NCBI GenBank assembly: GCA_017460045.1
Contig: JAFUBU010000056.1
Location: 1-46,245, forward strand
Source: Candidatus Saccharimonadota bacterium
GTDB lineage: Bacteria > Patescibacteriota > Saccharimonadia > Saccharimonadales > Saccharimonadaceae
Length of the DNA stretch: 46,245 nucleotides
Direction: 5' to 3'
Under the pieces are notes generated by a model. It was not told where the DNA came from and searched no databases. It worked only from the letters and a program-made list of their open reading frames with translations. The position numbers were made by a program, and so were the translations under genes. Below, piece by piece: positions 43,706 to 46,245 of this stretch. Positions within the stretch are counted from its first letter, which is position 1. Each line of letters starts with the position of its first letter.

Positions 43706-46245
43706 ACGCAACGTACAGACCTACCGTAGTACTTATCGCTGTAGCTCGTGCCCAGGCTACTCGAACGGAAGTTCAAGTTGTAGCCGCTAGTGCTGGAGTA
43801 CTGGGTAGAGGCCCAATAGCCGCCGTAGCTACCCACACTGCTCCAGCCAGACGAGAAGAAGTTGCCGCCGTAGACGAAGTTATAGGGAGTACCTCGGATC
43901 TTCGAAGAGCCGGTAGAGTTGTCACCGCCCATAAAGGTCGCGATATTGGCGTATTCGGTCTGAGTAGGTAACCTCCAGCCTTTCGGGCAGACTTTTTGGG
44001 CGGCGCCGTAGGAATAATAGCCGTGGGAACTATTGGTGGCTGTACCGTAAGTATATTGGAGATTAGAGTCGGAGTTAGTGGTAGACCAGCCAGAGCCGCT
44101 ATTGGCAGAGTTTACGTAGGTAATTGTTCCAGCTGCAGCAGAGTCGGAAGTTGTTAGGGTTAGATTGCCGCCCTTAGTAATTGAGCCGCCGGTAACGTAG
44201 CCGAGGGAGAGGTCTTTAGTCATGATGGCGTAGCCGGCCATACCGGTCGGGTAGGAAGTTCCGGCAGTGCCAGTAGAGGGCCAGCGGTAGACAGTATATT
44301 CTTGGTTATCCCTTGAGTCGACGAGCGTTGTGGTAGCGCTTTCGGTAAGATCGCTGGCGGAGACGTCTTGCATATAAGGAGCAGGCTCGGCTACGCAACG
44401 TACAGACCTACCGTAGTACTTATAGTTGTAGCTCGTGCCCAGATAACTTGAACCGAAGGTCAAGTTCCGCCCGTTAGTGCTAGAATACTGCGTAGACGAC
44501 CAGTAGTAGCCGTAGCTACCGACATTGCTCCAGTCGGAGGAGCTGAAGTCGCCGCCGTAGACGAAGTTGTACGGAGAACGTCTAATCTTGGCAGAGCCAG
44601 TAGAGTTACTTCCACCCATAAAAGTAGCAATATTAGAATATTCGGTATTAGTAGGCAATCTCCAGCCTTTCGGGCAGACTACGAGGGCGGCACCGTAGGA
44701 GTAATAACCATGGGAGCTGTTTGTAGCTGTACCGTAAGTATACTGCATATTGGTATAACTATTTGTCGTAGACCAACCAGTCCCGTTATTGGCGGAATTT
44801 ACATAAGTTACGGTTTGTGTTCCAGAAAGGGAGATGGTTTCGTAGGAAGAATTAGAGGCGTTGGTATCGAAGTTGGAAGCGGTAGTAGTTAAGCTAAGAT
44901 TAGAACCTTTAGTAATTGAGCCGCCAGTAACGTAGCCGAGGGAGAGGTCTTTAGTCATGATACAGTAGCCAGCCATAGTGGTTGGGTAAGATTTTGCGGC
45001 AGTACCGGTATCTCTGAAACGGTAGACGGTATAAGTTTGGTTGTCCCTGCTATCTGTTACTGTGCCAGTATGGCCCGAAGTAAGATTGGCGCAGTTAAAG
45101 CTTTGCATCATCCCAAGGTCGCCATCGTCTACAATATCTTCCCAAATCGCGTAGAGGGTAATCGAACCGCCTTGAGTAGTAGTAACGCTAGGATATAGAG
45201 TCGCCGGAGCTACGACGGCCCTCGCTTCGTAAGTCGTCGTACCGCTCGTATCTGTTCCCCAAGCCTTAAAGATTTTACCGGAAGGAGCGGTAAAGTTGTC
45301 GGTACGTAGAGTAACGTTAGAACCGTAAGTGGCGGTAGTAGCGGTAGTTGTACCGCTTCCGCCGTTAGAATTATAGTTGATCGTAAAGGTATTCCCAGAA
45401 CCTTTAGCGGTAAGGGTAATAGCCCCGGCGGGCATGGTAAAGGAATAGGTATAAGTCCCTACGGCGGTATTACCAGTTTGAGAGGGCAAGAGAGTTGTAT
45501 CGCTACTGGTAAATTCAGTACAATGATACCCGGATTTGGGAGTACAAGTAGCGGTAACGCTAGTCCCTTCGGCGACAGTACTACCGGAAGTAATCGTCGC
45601 TCCGGTAGAAGTATTAGTTAAAGCTACGCTGGAGATAGCCGCTGTACTACCGTTCGTAAGAGTTAAGATGTGTCCGGCCGCTTCCCATATGGCATAGAGC
45701 GTAATGGTAGAACCGGAAGTAGTAAGGTTAGTAACGGATTCTTCGTTGTCGTAGTCTACGTCGGCCGCCGTCCCTACTCCATCTACGGCCGTACCGGTAG
45801 CTCCGGTAGCGGAAGTGGACCAGCCAAGGAAGGTATAGCCACTTCTTTCATAAGCATTAGCCGTTAAAGCAGTAGCGGTATTAGTAGTAATAGTCTGGTT
45901 ATTCATAGTACCGGTAATGGTAGAGGTATCCGCAGTATTAGCATCAAAGACTACGGTATAAGTAAGACAAGAGGAGTCCATAAGTACTGTATATAGTACA
46001 TCTCCAGTATAAGTACCGGGAGTAATCCTAGTATCGACTTTAAGGCCATAGTAAATCGATACAGTACTTTCTTCGGAAACAGAAGACTTAGACGTAAGAG
46101 CGGTATTAGTAGCATTAGCATAAGTGGGAAGACCGACATAGGTACTAGTATCTTCAGAGTTTAAGCCCCAAGTATTAGAAGACAAAGCAGTAGCCGTAGA
46201 ACCAATCGCAGTAGAGGAAGTAGAGATAGTATTGTTAGAAGTAAC
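43693..46245 (-). CDS. Large surface protein (5' end outside the window) with InlB B-repeat-like repeats and two FISUMP (Fib_succ_major)-type C-lectin-fold domains
   Basis: The frame is open to the window edge. B-repeat-like motifs YTVVFDAN..GYTFLGWST..TLYAIW and FTINYNSNGGSG..FKAW..TLYAIW; two domains DSRDNQ.Y..MTKDL..GYYSY.AA..VCPKGWRLPT..YW.ST..GRSVRCV. Confidence 0.88.
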   Translation of the reverse strand, partial: VTSNNTISTSSTAIGSTATALSSNTWGLNSEDTSTYVGLPTYANATNTALTSKSSVSEESTVSIYYGLKVDTRITPGTYTGDVLYTVLMDSSCLTYTVVFDANTADTSTITGTMNNQTITTNTATALTANAYERSGYTFLGWSTSATGATGTAVDGVGTAADVDYDNEESVTNLTTSGSTITLYAIWEAAGHILTLTNGSTAAISSVALTNTSTGATITSGSTVAEGTSVTATCTPKSGYHCTEFTSSDTTLLPSQTGNTAVGTYTYSFTMPAGAITLTAKGSGNTFTINYNSNGGSGTTTATTATYGSNVTLRTDNFTAPSGKIFKAWGTDTSGTTTYEARAVVAPATLYPSVTTTQGGSITLYAIWEDIVDDGDLGMMQSFNCANLTSGHTGTVTDSRDNQTYTVYRFRDTGTAAKSYPTTMAGYCIMTKDLSLGYVTGGSITKGSNLSLTTTASNFDTNASNSSYETISLSGTQTVTYVNSANNGTGWSTTNSYTNMQYTYGTATNSSHGYYSYGAALVVCPKGWRLPTNTEYSNIATFMGGSNSTGSAKIRRSPYNFVYGGDFSSSDWSNVGSYGYYWSSTQYSSTNGRNLTFGSSYLGTSYNYKYYGRSVRCVAEPAPYMQDVSASDLTESATTTLVDSRDNQEYTVYRWPSTGTAGTSYPTGMAGYAIMTKDLSLGYVTGGSITKGGNLTLTTSDSAAAGTITYVNSANSGSGWSTTNSDSNLQYTYGTATNSSHGYYSYGAAQKVCPKGWRLPTQTEYANIATFMGGDNSTGSSKIRGTPYNFVYGGNFFSSGWSSVGSYGGYWASTQYSSTSGYNLNFRSSSLGTSYSDKYYGRSVRCVSAP

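Overview
Bacterial chromosomal segment, code 11 (TGA, TAG and TAA all act as stops), with most genes on the minus strand. The compact layout and gene mix (rny, rnj, hrcA, FemAB-type transferase, sbcB, PilB-type ATPase, HTH-fused MurA, FISUMP-domain surface protein) suggest Ca. Saccharibacteria (Patescibacteria/CPR); this is an inference. Content is mostly housekeeping: pyk (partial), split phosphoketolase, gpmI, pgi, class A PBP, murA, murJ, hrcA-grpE with a CIRCE, pcrA, sbcB, rny, rnj, pheST, metG and three tRNAs (Arg-TCT, Pro-TGG, Leu-CAG). The notable signals are mostly non-coding. (1) Several 150-190 bp rod-like palindromic elements occur between genes and, in two cases, in frame inside sbcB and pheT; two copies share a 133-bp core with compensatory base changes. 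(2) A surface protein has two FISUMP/C-type-lectin domains whose 3' ends look like DGR variable regions, followed by a perfect hairpin, with no RT in the window. (3) About 18 genes appear leaderless (TANNNT 6-7 nt before ATG). (4) A 27-aa ORF faces a convergent antisense promoter and terminator, like a type I toxin-antitoxin locus. (5) A structured leader with an anti-SD loop precedes a Cys-rich secreted protein. All calls were made by eye; no searches were run.
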